From: an uncultured Candidatus Rokubacteria bacterium
GTDB taxonomy: Bacteria; Methylomirabilota; Methylomirabilia; Rokubacteriales; CSP1-6
Length of the DNA stretch: 64,000 nt
Direction of reading: 5' to 3'
Assembly (NCBI GenBank): GCA_963771355.1
Contig: CAVYTA010000006.1
Location: 1,472,001-1,536,000 of the forward strand
Each line of letters opens with the position of its first letter. Position 1 is the first letter of the stretch. Under the pieces are notes generated by a model. It saw only the letters and a list, made by a program, of their open reading frames with translations. It did no database searches and was not told the DNA's origin. This document shows, piece by piece, positions 37,969 to 47,699 of this stretch. The position numbers were made by a program, and so were the translations under genes.

Positions 37969-38457
37969 TCAGGCCCGCTCCCAGGGCTCGCAGGAAGGAC
38001 AGGTCATGAACCCGGCGTCCTTGGCCTCGCTCACCTGCTTGAAGTACACGCGCTCGGCCTCGGGAATCTTGCGCACCCAGCCGCAGTCGCGGCCGTGGAA
38101 GAGGCGGCCCCCCCGCTGGGCGAGGTAGGGCTCACCGGGCGGCGGCTCGACGGGCCCCGCGCCCTCCGAGGGAGCCAGGGGATCCAGCACGGTGTCGGGC
38201 AGCGCCTCGGCCTCGGCGAGCGGGCTCGGGGTGGTCGCGGTCTCGGTCACCGCGGGGGTGGTGGTCGACGGCGGCGGATCCAGATCGTTCATCTGGAGAT
38301 TGGTCTCGATGGTGCTCCGGAACTCGTCGCTGGCCCGCCGGAACTCCCGCATGGCGCGCCCCATCGAGCGACCCAGCTGCGGCAGGTTCTTCGGCCCGAA
38401 GACCAGCAGGGCGATCACGAAGATGAGGACCAGCTCTTGAAGGCCGATGTCGAACAT
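37969..38457 (-). CDS. tatB: TatA/TatB-family subunit fused to a C-terminal Ada-like Zn-binding domain
   Basis: MFDIGLQEL..LLVFGPKNLPQLGRSMG; C-terminus FHGRDC..AGFMTCPSC. Confidence 0.8.
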   Translation of the reverse strand: MFDIGLQELVLIFVIALLVFGPKNLPQLGRSMGRAMREFRRASDEFRSTIETNLQMNDLDPPPSTTTPAVTETATTPSPLAEAEALPDTVLDPLAPSEGAGPVEPPPGEPYLAQRGGRLFHGRDCGWVRKIPEAERVYFKQVSEAKDAGFMTCPSCEPWERA

Positions 38458-38511
38458 GGTGGCTCAGTGACGGATGATACCACCCCGGCCGAGGGGGCGA
38501 GGAGCGGGCGC

Positions 38512-38985
38512 TCAGGAGGCGGGCTTGGCGACGGCCCTCGACACGGCCCGGCGCGAGCCCCCGACGCGACGGAGCTCCACCGAGACTCCGCGCACCCGCG
38601 TGTTGCACTCGGCGCAGTGATAGCCCAGGCGGACCTCCTTGCCGCAGTCCGCGTGGACCAGCCGCGCGCGCTTGTAGACGTGGCGCGAGCCCCAGTCCGC
38701 CAGCGCGCCCACCACCACCCCCAGCCCCTGCCCGCGCTCGCTGAGGGTGTACTGGGCCCGCGGCGGGTGCTCCGAGTAGAACGCCCGCGTGACCAGGCCG
38801 TGACGCTCCATCAGCTTGAGCCGGTCGGAGAGGATATTCGGCGCGATGCCGGGCAGGCCCGCCTGGAGATCCTGGAACCGCCGCGTGCCCCGGAGCAGAT
38901 CGCGGACGATGAGGAGGGTCCATCGGTCGCCGAGCACCTCGAGCGACTTGGCGACGGGACAGGACTGGCCGTAGCGCTTCGGCAT
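38512..38985 (-). CDS. HxlR-family winged-helix regulator
   Basis: YGQSCPVAKSLEVLGDRWTLLIVR, LSDRLK and PPRAQYTLS motifs. Confidence 0.9.
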   Translation of the reverse strand: MPKRYGQSCPVAKSLEVLGDRWTLLIVRDLLRGTRRFQDLQAGLPGIAPNILSDRLKLMERHGLVTRAFYSEHPPRAQYTLSERGQGLGVVVGALADWGSRHVYKRARLVHADCGKEVRLGYHCAECNTRVRGVSVELRRVGGSRRAVSRAVAKPAS

Positions 38986-39028
38986 GTCTCGAGTATAGGC
39001 GACGGAGCACCGGTTGACAATTCCGCAA

Positions 39029-39051
39029 GTCACTATTATTTTAATAGTGAC
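39029..39051. promoter_or_regulatory. Perfect inverted repeat operator over the MATE promoter
   Basis: GTCACTATTA-TTT-TAATAGTGAC; TTGACA at 39014; lies between divergent HxlR and MATE genes. Confidence 0.8.
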
Positions 39052-40491
39052 ATGACGACCGCCGCCCTCACCGCCCCCGTGACCGACGCCGGCGCCGCGC
39101 CTCCCCCCCGGAGCGAGGCGCCGGACGCCCCCGATCCGCGCACGCGGGCCCTGCTCGAGGGACCCATCGCGTCCACGCTCCTGCGGCTTGCCGCGCCCGG
39201 GGTGGCGGTGATGCTGCTGCAGGCCGGCGTCGGCACCATGGACGCCGTGTTCGTGGGCTGGCTGGGGGCGGAGGCCCTCGCCGGCGTCTCGCTCGTCTAT
39301 CCGCTGCTCATGCTCATGCAGACCATGTCGGCGGGGGGCATGGGCGGCGGCATCTCCTCGGCGGTGGCGCGCGCGCTGGGCGGGGGCCGGCGCGAGGAAG
39401 CCGACCGCCTCGCCGCCCACGGGCTCCTGGTCGCGCTCGCCATGGGCGCGCTCTTCACCAGCACGCTGCTGGCCGCAGGGCCCGCGGTCTATCGCGCCCT
39501 CGGCGGCCACGGCGCGGCCCTGGATGCGGCCCTCGCTTACTCGCGGGTGCTCTTCGGCGGGGCCGCCGTCTTCTGGCTCTTCAACTCGCTCGCCAGCGTG
39601 ATCCGGGGCACCGGGCGCATGCTCCTGCCCGCGGGGGCCATGGCGGGGGCCAGCGTGCTGTACCTGCTGCTCTCCCCCGCGCTCGTGCTGGGCTGGGGCC
39701 CCCTGCCCCGCCTCGGCGTGGCGGGTGCGGCCGCCGCCAGCGTCATCGCCTTCGGCGCGGGCACGCTCGTCCTCGCCGCGCATCTCCTCTCCGGCCGGAG
39801 CCTGGTCCGCCTGCGGCCGTCGGGATTCCGTCCGCGGGTCGCCCTCTTCTGGGAGATCCTGCGCGTGGGCGCGCCGGGCGCGCTCAACACCGTCTTCACC
39901 AACCTCACCGTGGTGCTGCTCACCGGCCTCATCGGGCCCTTTGGTATCCACGCGCTCGCCGGATACGGCATGGGCGCGCGACTCGAGTACATCCAGATCC
40001 CGCTGGTGTTCGGGGTGGGCTCGGCGCTGGTGGCCATGGTCGGCACCAATGTCGGCGCGGGCCGCATCGCCCGGGCCGAGCGCGTGGCATGGATCGGGGC
40101 CGGCCTGGCCGGCGCGATCACGACCGCCATCGGACTCACCTTTGCGGTGTTCCCGCACGCCTGGCTGGGCCTCTTCACCACGGAGCCCGCGGTGCTGGAG
40201 ACGGGTAGTGCCTATCTCCGTATCGTCGGCCCCGCGTACGGATTCTTCGGCGTCGGGCTCGCGCTCTACTTCGCTTCGCAGGGGGCAGGCCGGCTGGCCT
40301 GGCCGCTCCTCGCGGGCTTCGTGCGCCTGGTGGTCGCCGCGACGGGAGGCTGGGTGGCCACGCGCTGGTTCGGTGGCGGCCCCCACGCAGTGTTCGTGGC
40401 CATCGCGGTGGCTCTCGTCGTGATGGGCGTCATGGTGGCGATTCCCCTCAAGGCCGGCGCGTGGCGTCGGGGTCGTCGAGGTGGCCGATGA
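39052..40491 (+). CDS. MATE family efflux transporter
   Basis: LLRLAAP, DAVFVGWLG..ALAG, RGTG and VGTNVGAG motifs; about 12 TM helices. Confidence 0.9.
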   Translation: MTTAALTAPVTDAGAAPPPRSEAPDAPDPRTRALLEGPIASTLLRLAAPGVAVMLLQAGVGTMDAVFVGWLGAEALAGVSLVYPLLMLMQTMSAGGMGGGISSAVARALGGGRREEADRLAAHGLLVALAMGALFTSTLLAAGPAVYRALGGHGAALDAALAYSRVLFGGAAVFWLFNSLASVIRGTGRMLLPAGAMAGASVLYLLLSPALVLGWGPLPRLGVAGAAAASVIAFGAGTLVLAAHLLSGRSLVRLRPSGFRPRVALFWEILRVGAPGALNTVFTNLTVVLLTGLIGPFGIHALAGYGMGARLEYIQIPLVFGVGSALVAMVGTNVGAGRIARAERVAWIGAGLAGAITTAIGLTFAVFPHAWLGLFTTEPAVLETGSAYLRIVGPAYGFFGVGLALYFASQGAGRLAWPLLAGFVRLVVAATGGWVATRWFGGGPHAVFVAIAVALVVMGVMVAIPLKAGAWRRGRRGGR

Positions 40492-40961
40492 CACCATTCC
40501 AGATCTTCGGGCTCCAGTTCGCGCTGAGTCTCGTGGTGGGCTCGCTGCTCGCGCGCTGGCACGTCTGGCCGCGGCTGGCGGCGCTCCCGACTCGGCGGGC
40601 CCTCCCGCCACTGCTCTTCGTCCACGCCACCCGGTACATCGGGCTCGTCTTCCTGGTGCCCACGGTGGTGCCGCCCGGCGTCCCCGCCGCCTTTGCGGTG
40701 CCCGCCGCTTACGGCGATCTCCTCGCCGCCATGCTCGCGCTCGTGGCTCTCCTCGCCCTGCGCGGCGAATGGCCGGGGGCGCTCGCGCTCTGCTGGCTCT
40801 TCAATGTGGTGGGCACCGCGGACCTCCTGTATGCGGTGGCCCAGGGCGTCCGGCTCGATGTACAGCTCGGCGCCGCGTACTACATCCCCGTCCTCGCGGT
40901 GCCGGTGCTGTTCATCACCCACGCCATGATCTTCGCCCTGCTCCGCCGCCGGCACGGCTGA
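40488..40961 (+). CDS. Hypothetical membrane protein
   Basis: ATG overlaps the MATE TGA; hydrophobic; HATRYIG, AYGD and FNVVGTADL. Confidence 0.75.
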   Translation: MTPFQIFGLQFALSLVVGSLLARWHVWPRLAALPTRRALPPLLFVHATRYIGLVFLVPTVVPPGVPAAFAVPAAYGDLLAAMLALVALLALRGEWPGALALCWLFNVVGTADLLYAVAQGVRLDVQLGAAYYIPVLAVPVLFITHAMIFALLRRRHG

Positions 40962-40978
40962 GCGTCAGGAGACCCGTC

Positions 40979-41416
40979 ATGCCCAGGATGCTCGACCTCA
41001 TCCAGAAGACCCAGCGGGGCGAGCTGCCCCCGCCGCCCATCGCCGAGCTGATCGGCTTTCGCCTGAGCTCGGTGGAGCCGGGCCGCGTGGTGGTGGAGTT
41101 GGACGCGGCGCCGCGCCACGCCAATCCGATGGGCACCGTGCACGGGGGCGTGCTCTGCGATCTGGCCGATGCCGCCATGGGCATGGCCTACGCCTCCTCG
41201 CTCGACGAGGGCGAGACCTTCACGACGCTCGAGCTGAAGATCAACTTCCTGAAGCCGGTCTGGACGGGACGCCTCATCGCCACCGGGCGCCTGGTCAAGG
41301 GCGGACGCACCGTGGGCTTGACCGAGTGCGACGTGGTGGACGACAAGGATCGGCTCGTGGCCCGCGCCTCCAGCACCTGCATGACCTTGCGCGGCGAGGC
41401 AGCCGAGGGCCGCTAG
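40979..41416 (+). CDS. PaaI family thioesterase
   Basis: NPMGTVHGGVLCDLAD and ELKINFLKP motifs. Confidence 0.9.
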   Translation: MPRMLDLIQKTQRGELPPPPIAELIGFRLSSVEPGRVVVELDAAPRHANPMGTVHGGVLCDLADAAMGMAYASSLDEGETFTTLELKINFLKPVWTGRLIATGRLVKGGRTVGLTECDVVDDKDRLVARASSTCMTLRGEAAEGR

Positions 41417-41491
41417 CCCGCTCCGCCCGGCATCCGCTTCGTCTTGACGGCGGCTCCCACCCCCTGCTAGCGTTTCGGCGGGGAGGACGCC

Positions 41492-41665
41492 ATGCACTTC
41501 GAGGTCGAGCTGAGCGAGGAGGAGGGTGGGGTCTTCAAGGCCGTCGCCGTCGCCTACCCGACGGTCACCGCCAGCGGACGCACCGAGAAGGAAGCCCTGG
41601 GCCTGCTCATGGAGGCGATGGAGAAGTACATGCGCGCGCAGGCCAAGGCCGCCGCGCGCGCCTGA
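41492..41665 (+). CDS. HicB-like small protein (57 aa, not in the ORF track)
   Basis: GGAGG RBS; own promoter TTGACG-18 bp-TAGCGT; MHFEVELSEEEGGVFKA..P.VTASGRTEKEAL..MEAM resembles the HicB N-terminal fold. Confidence 0.7.
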   Translation: MHFEVELSEEEGGVFKAVAVAYPTVTASGRTEKEALGLLMEAMEKYMRAQAKAAARA

Positions 41666-41684
41666 GTCGAGCCGCGGCGCCCGG

Positions 41685-43007
41685 TTATCGCGGGGCGGTC
41701 TCCAGCACGCGGCGCAGGAAGAACGGCAGCAGGGTGGCCGTCTCCAGGCTCGTCTCGAGATAGGGGATGGTGTCCCGCGCCCACGTTGCCGCGTAGTGGA
41801 GCGGGGCCAGCGACTGGGCGAGGTCGAACGCCCGGCGGTACCGTGCGGAACCCTCCCGGCCACTCCAGCCCGCCAGGTACGCGTCCTTCACCCGCCGGGC
41901 CGCCGCCCCACGCGCGCCCCAGCGATCGTGGAACCCGTGGCTCCACGGCAGCATGAAGACGCTCCAGAACGGATGTGAGACCACCGCGTCCTCCCAGTCG
42001 AGGTACACGGGTCCCCGGCGGCTCGCGATCATGTTGCCCGCCCAGAAATCCGCGTGATCCAGCGTGAGCGGCACCGCGCAGCCGGCGAGCGCACGGCCCC
42101 GCGCGCGAAGCACGGGCGCCAGCGTGCGGAGCCGCGCGATCTCGCCAACGGAAAGGCGCTCCCGCCCGCCCGCGGCGAGCAGTCGGCGATCGCGGAAGAG
42201 TCCCCTCATCTCGCGCAGAGCCCACTGTGTCCCGCGGTGCGGGCAGCCGAGCCGGCGTAGCGCCGGCGTGTGCCCGACGACGGCGCGCTGCAGGCGCCCG
42301 TACTCGAAGGCCGCCTGCTCCCACCGGCGGAGTTGGCGCGAGTGGCGGAGGCTCGGCCCCTTCGCCTCGCGCGTGAGAAGCCAGCGCCCCCCGCCGCCGA
42401 CCGCCACGACGGGCGCGATCAACCGGGGGAAGCGGTGGGCCAGCCAGCGCGTCAGGCGCGGCTCCCAGTCGCACCGCGCCGCCACCGCCTTGAGATAGAA
42501 GACGCCGCGGCGCGAGCGCAGGCGATAGACGCAGGACGATTCCCACGCGCGGGGCTGCTCGACGCGGGTGGCGGGGGCGCCCATGCGGCGGGCCGCCCAT
42601 CGCAGCGCCCGATCGCGCCAGCCGGGCTTCGCCCACTCCGGACGCCCGCGGGCGGGACGGCGCCACCGCGTCCAGGCCTCGCGGTCGTCTTTCCTGTAGA
42701 GGGAGTGCCCTCTGATCTCCGCGACGGGGATCCAGCGCGCGCCCCGCCCGCGGAGGGGCTGGGCGTCGAAGAGCTCCAGCTCGAGCGCGACATTGAAGGC
42801 ACCGGTGGCGGGATCGCGGGGACGCGCGAGGGGCCGCAGCACGCTCGCCCGGAGACCGTAGCGACGGCGCGCGGCGCGCAGCACCGCGTCGATGGCGCCG
42901 GGGTGCTCGCGCGGCACCTGCACGCTGGGCAGCGCGAGCCCTCGGGAGCTCGCGATCAGGAGGATGCGCGAACGCGTGACATCAGGGACGATCAGCGCGT
43001 GACGCAT
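41685..43007 (-). CDS. Aminoglycoside phosphotransferase-like kinase with N-terminal NUDIX-like region
   Basis: FYLKA, LDHADFWAGN (Brenner motif) and YLDWED. Confidence 0.7.
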   Translation of the reverse strand: MRHALIVPDVTRSRILLIASSRGLALPSVQVPREHPGAIDAVLRAARRRYGLRASVLRPLARPRDPATGAFNVALELELFDAQPLRGRGARWIPVAEIRGHSLYRKDDREAWTRWRRPARGRPEWAKPGWRDRALRWAARRMGAPATRVEQPRAWESSCVYRLRSRRGVFYLKAVAARCDWEPRLTRWLAHRFPRLIAPVVAVGGGGRWLLTREAKGPSLRHSRQLRRWEQAAFEYGRLQRAVVGHTPALRRLGCPHRGTQWALREMRGLFRDRRLLAAGGRERLSVGEIARLRTLAPVLRARGRALAGCAVPLTLDHADFWAGNMIASRRGPVYLDWEDAVVSHPFWSVFMLPWSHGFHDRWGARGAAARRVKDAYLAGWSGREGSARYRRAFDLAQSLAPLHYAATWARDTIPYLETSLETATLLPFFLRRVLETAPR

Positions 43008-43043
43008 GCGTCAGCACCCGGGGGAGGATAGCACGCTCCGCAC

Positions 43044-43078
43044 GGCGAGCCGCAGCCGCAGGCGAGGCGAGCGGATAC
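43044..43078 (+). repeat. REP-like intergenic repeat
   Basis: GGCGAGCCGCAGCCGCAGGCGAGGCGAGCGGATAC; related copies at 47700-47812. Confidence 0.6.
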
Positions 43079-43134
43079 GGAAAATGCTTCCCGAGCGGGC
43101 GTGGCGGCGGCATGCTAGTGTCGCGTCCGACGGC

Positions 43135-44823
43135 ATGGGCGCCAATCCGTTCCTCGACGCGACGGCGGGCGGGATGCTGGCCGAGGTGGCTGCGCGCTTC
43201 TCCGACCGCGAGGCCCTCGTCGCCGCCGATCGGCGCCTGTCCTACGCGGCGCTCTGGCACGAGGCCCGGCGCTTCGCGCGGGCCCTCCTCGCGCTGGGGG
43301 TGCGGAAGGACGACAAGGTCGCGGTGTGGCTTCCCAACCGCCCCGCCTGGCTCTTCGCCCAGTACGGCTGCGCGCTGATGGGCGCCGTCGTGGTGGCGCT
43401 GAATCCGAGATACAAGGCCCACGAGCTGGCCTATATCCTCAAGCAGTCCGACACCTCCACCCTCCTCCTCGCGGATCACCTCGGGCCGGTGGACTTCCTG
43501 GAGATCCTGGGCGAGGTCCTCCCCGAGCTCACCGCCGCGGTCCCCGGCGAGCTCGAGGCCGGGGGCTTCCCGCTCCTGCGCCGCATCATCGTGGACGCGG
43601 AGGATCCCTATCCCGGCTGCCTGCGTCTCGCCGACGTCCTCGCGGACGCCGACGGACCCGAGCTGGAGGCCGCGCTGGAGGGAGCGCGCGCGCAGATCGC
43701 ACCCGACGATCCCTTCACCATTCTCTACACCTCCGGCACCACCGCCTTCCCCAAGGGCGCGGTGATCAGTCACCGCAACGCGATTCCCCACGGCTGGTAC
43801 TGCGGCGAGGTCCTGCGCGTGACACCGGCGGACCGCGTGCTCCACGCTTTGCCCTTGTCGGGCACGTGGGGCGGTCTCTGCATCCCGCTGTCGACCTTCT
43901 CCCGCGGCGCCACCCTCGTGCTCATGGAGAGCTTCGACGCCACCGTGGCGCTGGCTCTCATGGAGCGCGAGCGCATCTCGATCTGGAACGCGGTGGACGC
44001 AATGGCCATCGCCGTCCTCGACCATCCGGACCTCGGACGCCGGGATCGCTCGCACCTCCGCACCGGCGGCTTCGGCATGACGGGCGGTGGCCGCGACGGG
44101 CTCTTCGAGGAGATCGTCGAGCGGCTGGGCGTCCGACAGGCCTATCAGCCCTATGGCATGACCGAGCTCAACGCCCTCTGCCTGCACCATCAGCTCGACG
44201 AGCCGGCGGCGGCGCGCGCGCTGCCGGGAGTGTGGCCCGCGGACGGGATCGAGGCACGCTGCGTCCATCCCGACACCGGGCGCGACGTGGCGGCGGGCGA
44301 GGAGGGAGAGCTCTGGTTCCGCGGCCGGCTCGTCACCCGCGGCTACTATCGGAAGCCGGAGGAAACCGCCAAGGCCTTCACCGCGGACGGCTGGTTCAGG
44401 ACCGGCGACCTCGCCGCGCACGACGCCGAGGGGCGCTTCGTCTTCAGAGGACGGCTTCGCGAGGTACTGCGCATCAGCCACTTCATGGTGGCGCCCGCCG
44501 AGATCGAGGCCTTCCTCATGGAGCACCCGGCCGTGCTGCAGGCCTTCGTGTTCGGTGTGCCCGATCCCAAGCTCAACGAAGTGGCGGTGGCTTACGTGAT
44601 TCCCCGTCCCGGCGCCACGGTCACCCCGGAGGAGATCGTGGCCCACTGCCGGGGCCGGATCGCCTCCTACAAGGTGCCGCGCCACGTGCGGGTGGTGGCC
44701 GACGTGCCGCGCACGCCCGGGCCCCATGGCGACAAGGTCCAGAAGGGCCGGCTCCGCGAGCAGTTCCTTGAAGGCCTGGGAACCCTCGCGTATGCTCCCG
44801 GCATGAAGGAGACCACCCCGTGA
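43135..44823 (+). CDS. AMP-binding acyl-CoA synthetase
   Basis: LYTSGTTAFPKG, YGMTE and GWFRTGD motifs. Confidence 0.92.
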   Translation: MGANPFLDATAGGMLAEVAARFSDREALVAADRRLSYAALWHEARRFARALLALGVRKDDKVAVWLPNRPAWLFAQYGCALMGAVVVALNPRYKAHELAYILKQSDTSTLLLADHLGPVDFLEILGEVLPELTAAVPGELEAGGFPLLRRIIVDAEDPYPGCLRLADVLADADGPELEAALEGARAQIAPDDPFTILYTSGTTAFPKGAVISHRNAIPHGWYCGEVLRVTPADRVLHALPLSGTWGGLCIPLSTFSRGATLVLMESFDATVALALMERERISIWNAVDAMAIAVLDHPDLGRRDRSHLRTGGFGMTGGGRDGLFEEIVERLGVRQAYQPYGMTELNALCLHHQLDEPAAARALPGVWPADGIEARCVHPDTGRDVAAGEEGELWFRGRLVTRGYYRKPEETAKAFTADGWFRTGDLAAHDAEGRFVFRGRLREVLRISHFMVAPAEIEAFLMEHPAVLQAFVFGVPDPKLNEVAVAYVIPRPGATVTPEEIVAHCRGRIASYKVPRHVRVVADVPRTPGPHGDKVQKGRLREQFLEGLGTLAYAPGMKETTP

Positions 44824-45845
44824 AGCTCGACATCGGCATGCTGACCCACGATCTCCAGACCCTTCCGGACTACGCGCGCAAGGCCGAGGCCATGGGCTAC
44901 GACACGCTCTGGTCGGCGGAGACCCAGCACGATCCCTATCTGCCCCTCGCGGTGGCGGCCTCCGCCACGTCGCGAATCAAGCTGGGCACCAATATCGCCA
45001 CCGTGTTCTCGCGCAGCCCCATGGTCACCGCCATGATCGCGTGGGATCTCCAGAAGGCCTCGGGCGGGCGCTTCACGCTGGGGCTCGGCACCCAGGTCAA
45101 GGCGCACAACGAGCGCCGCTTCTCGGTGAAGTACGAGTCGCCCGGGCCGAAGATGGCGGAGGCGGTGCGCGCGATCCATGCCATCTGGGATTGCTGGCAG
45201 AACGGGACCAAGCTCGACTTCAAGGGGCAGTTCTACACCTTCGACGTCATGACACCCTTCTTCAATCCCGGGCCCATCGATCACCCGAAGATCCCCGTCT
45301 TCGTGGCGGCGGTGAATCCCTACATGTGCGGGGTGGCCGGCGAGTTCTGCGACGGGATGCACGTGCATCCCTTCAACAGCCCCAAGTACCTCCGCGAGAT
45401 CGTGCAGCCGGCGGTCAATGCGGGACTGGCGAAGTCCGGCCGCGCGCGCAAGGACTTCACCTATGCCACCGCCTCCTTCGTGGTGGTGGGTGACACGCCG
45501 GAGGAGCGGAGCCAGCAGGCCCAGATGGTCAAGCAGCAGATCGCGTTCTACGGCTCGACGCGCACCTATCAACCGGTGCTCGACTGCCACGGCTGGGGCG
45601 ATCTCACCACCAAGCTCCACCGGAAGTCCATCGAGGGCGACTGGAAGGGCATGGCGGACCTCATCACCGACGAGATGCTGGACACCTATGCCGTGACCGC
45701 GACCTATGACAAGCTGGCCGCCGCCCTGCAGGCGCGGTACGCGGGGCTGCTCGACCGCACCGGGCTCTATCAGCCCTACCCGCCGCGCCAGGACGATCCG
45801 CGCCTCCCCGCGCTGGTCAAGGCCTTCAACGGGAGTCCATCATGA
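44820..45845 (+). CDS. LLM-class oxidoreductase, probable F420-dependent TIGR03617 type
   Basis: AETQHDP, LGLGTQVKAHNERRF, MTPFFNPGP and QIAFYGST motifs. Confidence 0.85.
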   Translation: MKLDIGMLTHDLQTLPDYARKAEAMGYDTLWSAETQHDPYLPLAVAASATSRIKLGTNIATVFSRSPMVTAMIAWDLQKASGGRFTLGLGTQVKAHNERRFSVKYESPGPKMAEAVRAIHAIWDCWQNGTKLDFKGQFYTFDVMTPFFNPGPIDHPKIPVFVAAVNPYMCGVAGEFCDGMHVHPFNSPKYLREIVQPAVNAGLAKSGRARKDFTYATASFVVVGDTPEERSQQAQMVKQQIAFYGSTRTYQPVLDCHGWGDLTTKLHRKSIEGDWKGMADLITDEMLDTYAVTATYDKLAAALQARYAGLLDRTGLYQPYPPRQDDPRLPALVKAFNGSPS

Positions 45846-46648
45846 CGGACAAGGTGCAGGTCGAGATCAAGAGCCCGGTCGCCACCATCACGCTCAACAA
45901 GCCCGATCGCCTCAATGCGCTGGACGTGGAGATGTGGGAGGGCATCGCCGACGCCGCCGCCCAGGTGGACGCGGCGCCCGAGGTGCGCGTCGCCGTCCTC
46001 ACCGGCGCCGGCGGCGCCTTCTGCGCGGGTCTCGACCTCAAGGCGGGCTCCACGCTGTCCCGGCCCGCGGGTGAGACGCTGCCCCAGACCCTGGTGGGGA
46101 TCCGCACCCACCTCAAGCATCTGCAGGAGTGCTTCACGCGGCTGGAGTCCTGCCGCGTGCCGGTGATCGCCAGCATCCAGCGCGCGTGTCTCGGCGGCGG
46201 CCTCGAGCTGGCACTGTGCTGCGACGTGCGCCTCGCCGCCGAGGGGACGATCTTCTCCATCCCCGAGGTGCAGATCGGCATCGTGCCCGACATGGGCGGC
46301 ACCCAGCGCCTGCCGCGCACGGTGGGGATCGGCAAGGCCAAGGAGCTGATCTATTCCGCGCGGCGCATCGACGCCGCCGAGGCGCTGCGCATCGGGCTCG
46401 TCAACGGGGTCTACCCCGCCGCCGACCTCCCCGCCCGGGTGGCGGAGCTGGCCGCCGAGATCGCCGCCAATGCGCCGCTCGCCGTGCAGGCCGCGAAGCA
46501 ATCCATCAACGGCACCTACTGGCGCGAGCGCGAGTCGTGGCTCGCCTGGGAGGCCGACCTCGCCGCGCCGGTGCTCCTCTCCGAGGACCGTCTCGAGGGC
46601 ATGCGGGCCGGGCAAGAGCGCAAGCGCGCCAACTTCAAGGGGAGATAG
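45842..46648 (+). CDS. Enoyl-CoA hydratase/isomerase
   Basis: FCAGLDL, GGGLELALCCD and PEVQIGIVPDMGG motifs. Confidence 0.92.
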   Translation: MTDKVQVEIKSPVATITLNKPDRLNALDVEMWEGIADAAAQVDAAPEVRVAVLTGAGGAFCAGLDLKAGSTLSRPAGETLPQTLVGIRTHLKHLQECFTRLESCRVPVIASIQRACLGGGLELALCCDVRLAAEGTIFSIPEVQIGIVPDMGGTQRLPRTVGIGKAKELIYSARRIDAAEALRIGLVNGVYPAADLPARVAELAAEIAANAPLAVQAAKQSINGTYWRERESWLAWEADLAAPVLLSEDRLEGMRAGQERKRANFKGR

Positions 46649-46656
46649 GCCCCGGC

Positions 46657-47685
46657 ATGAAGGCGCTCGCGTTCCAGGAGCACGGCGGTCTCGACAAGCT
46701 CAAGTATCAGGTGGTGGCCGACCCCAAGGTCGGCGCCGGCGATGTGCTCGTGCGGGTCAAGGCGGTGGCGCTCAACCACCTGGACCTCTTCGTCCGCGAG
46801 GGAATGCCCGGGCTCAAGCTGCCCCTGCCGTTCTGGTCCGGCTGCGATATTGCCGGTGACATCGCCGAGGTGGGGGGCAGCGTGTCAGGCGTGGCGGTGG
46901 GCGACCGCGTGGTCGTCAACCCCAACCTGGAGTGCGGGCGCTGCGAGTACTGCCAGAAGGGCCAGCACAGCCTCTGCGTGTCCTACGGCATCCTGGGCGA
47001 GCACACGCACGGGGGGCTGGCCGAGTACGTGAAGGTGGACGGCCGGAAAGTGGTCAAGCTCCCGGACGCGGTGACGTACGAGAACGCCGCCGCCTTCGTC
47101 CTCGTCAACATGACCGCCTGGCGCATGCTGGTGTCCCAGGCCCGGCTGCGCGCGGGGGAGGACCTGCTCATCCTCGGCGTGGGCGGTGGCGTCTCGTCCG
47201 CCGGCGTGCAGATCGGCAAGCTCTGCGGCGCGCGGGTATGGGTGACGTCGTCCAGCGACGAGAAGCTCGAGCGGGCCCGCGCGCTCGGCGCCGACGAGTG
47301 CATCAACTACGCGAAGGAGGACTGGGTGAAGGTCATCGCCCAGAAGACAGGGCGGCGCGGGGTGGACGTGGTGCTGGAAAACGTGGGCGCCGCCACCTGG
47401 GCGGGAGCCATTCGCGCGCTCGGCAAGGGCGGCCGGCTCGTCACCTGCGGGGGCACCTCCGGACCCATCTGCGAGACCGACGTGCGGCAGGTGTTCTGGA
47501 AGCAGATCTCCATCATCGGCTCCACCATGTCCACCAATGCCGAGTTCGCCGCCGTCTTGGGCCAGCTCTTCCGGGGCCGGCTCAAGGCCATCGTGGACTC
47601 CGTGATGCCGCTCGAGGACGGCGTGGCCGCACAGCAGCGACTGGCCGAGGGCAAGCAGTTCGGTAAGATTGTCCTCACTCCGTAA
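46657..47685 (+). CDS. Zinc-binding medium-chain dehydrogenase
   Basis: LNHLD, CGRCEYC..C structural Zn site, GVGGGV and FGKIVL. Confidence 0.88.
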   Translation: MKALAFQEHGGLDKLKYQVVADPKVGAGDVLVRVKAVALNHLDLFVREGMPGLKLPLPFWSGCDIAGDIAEVGGSVSGVAVGDRVVVNPNLECGRCEYCQKGQHSLCVSYGILGEHTHGGLAEYVKVDGRKVVKLPDAVTYENAAAFVLVNMTAWRMLVSQARLRAGEDLLILGVGGGVSSAGVQIGKLCGARVWVTSSSDEKLERARALGADECINYAKEDWVKVIAQKTGRRGVDVVLENVGAATWAGAIRALGKGGRLVTCGGTSGPICETDVRQVFWKQISIIGSTMSTNAEFAAVLGQLFRGRLKAIVDSVMPLEDGVAAQQRLAEGKQFGKIVLTP

Positions 47686-47699
47686 CCCGGTAGCGGCTT

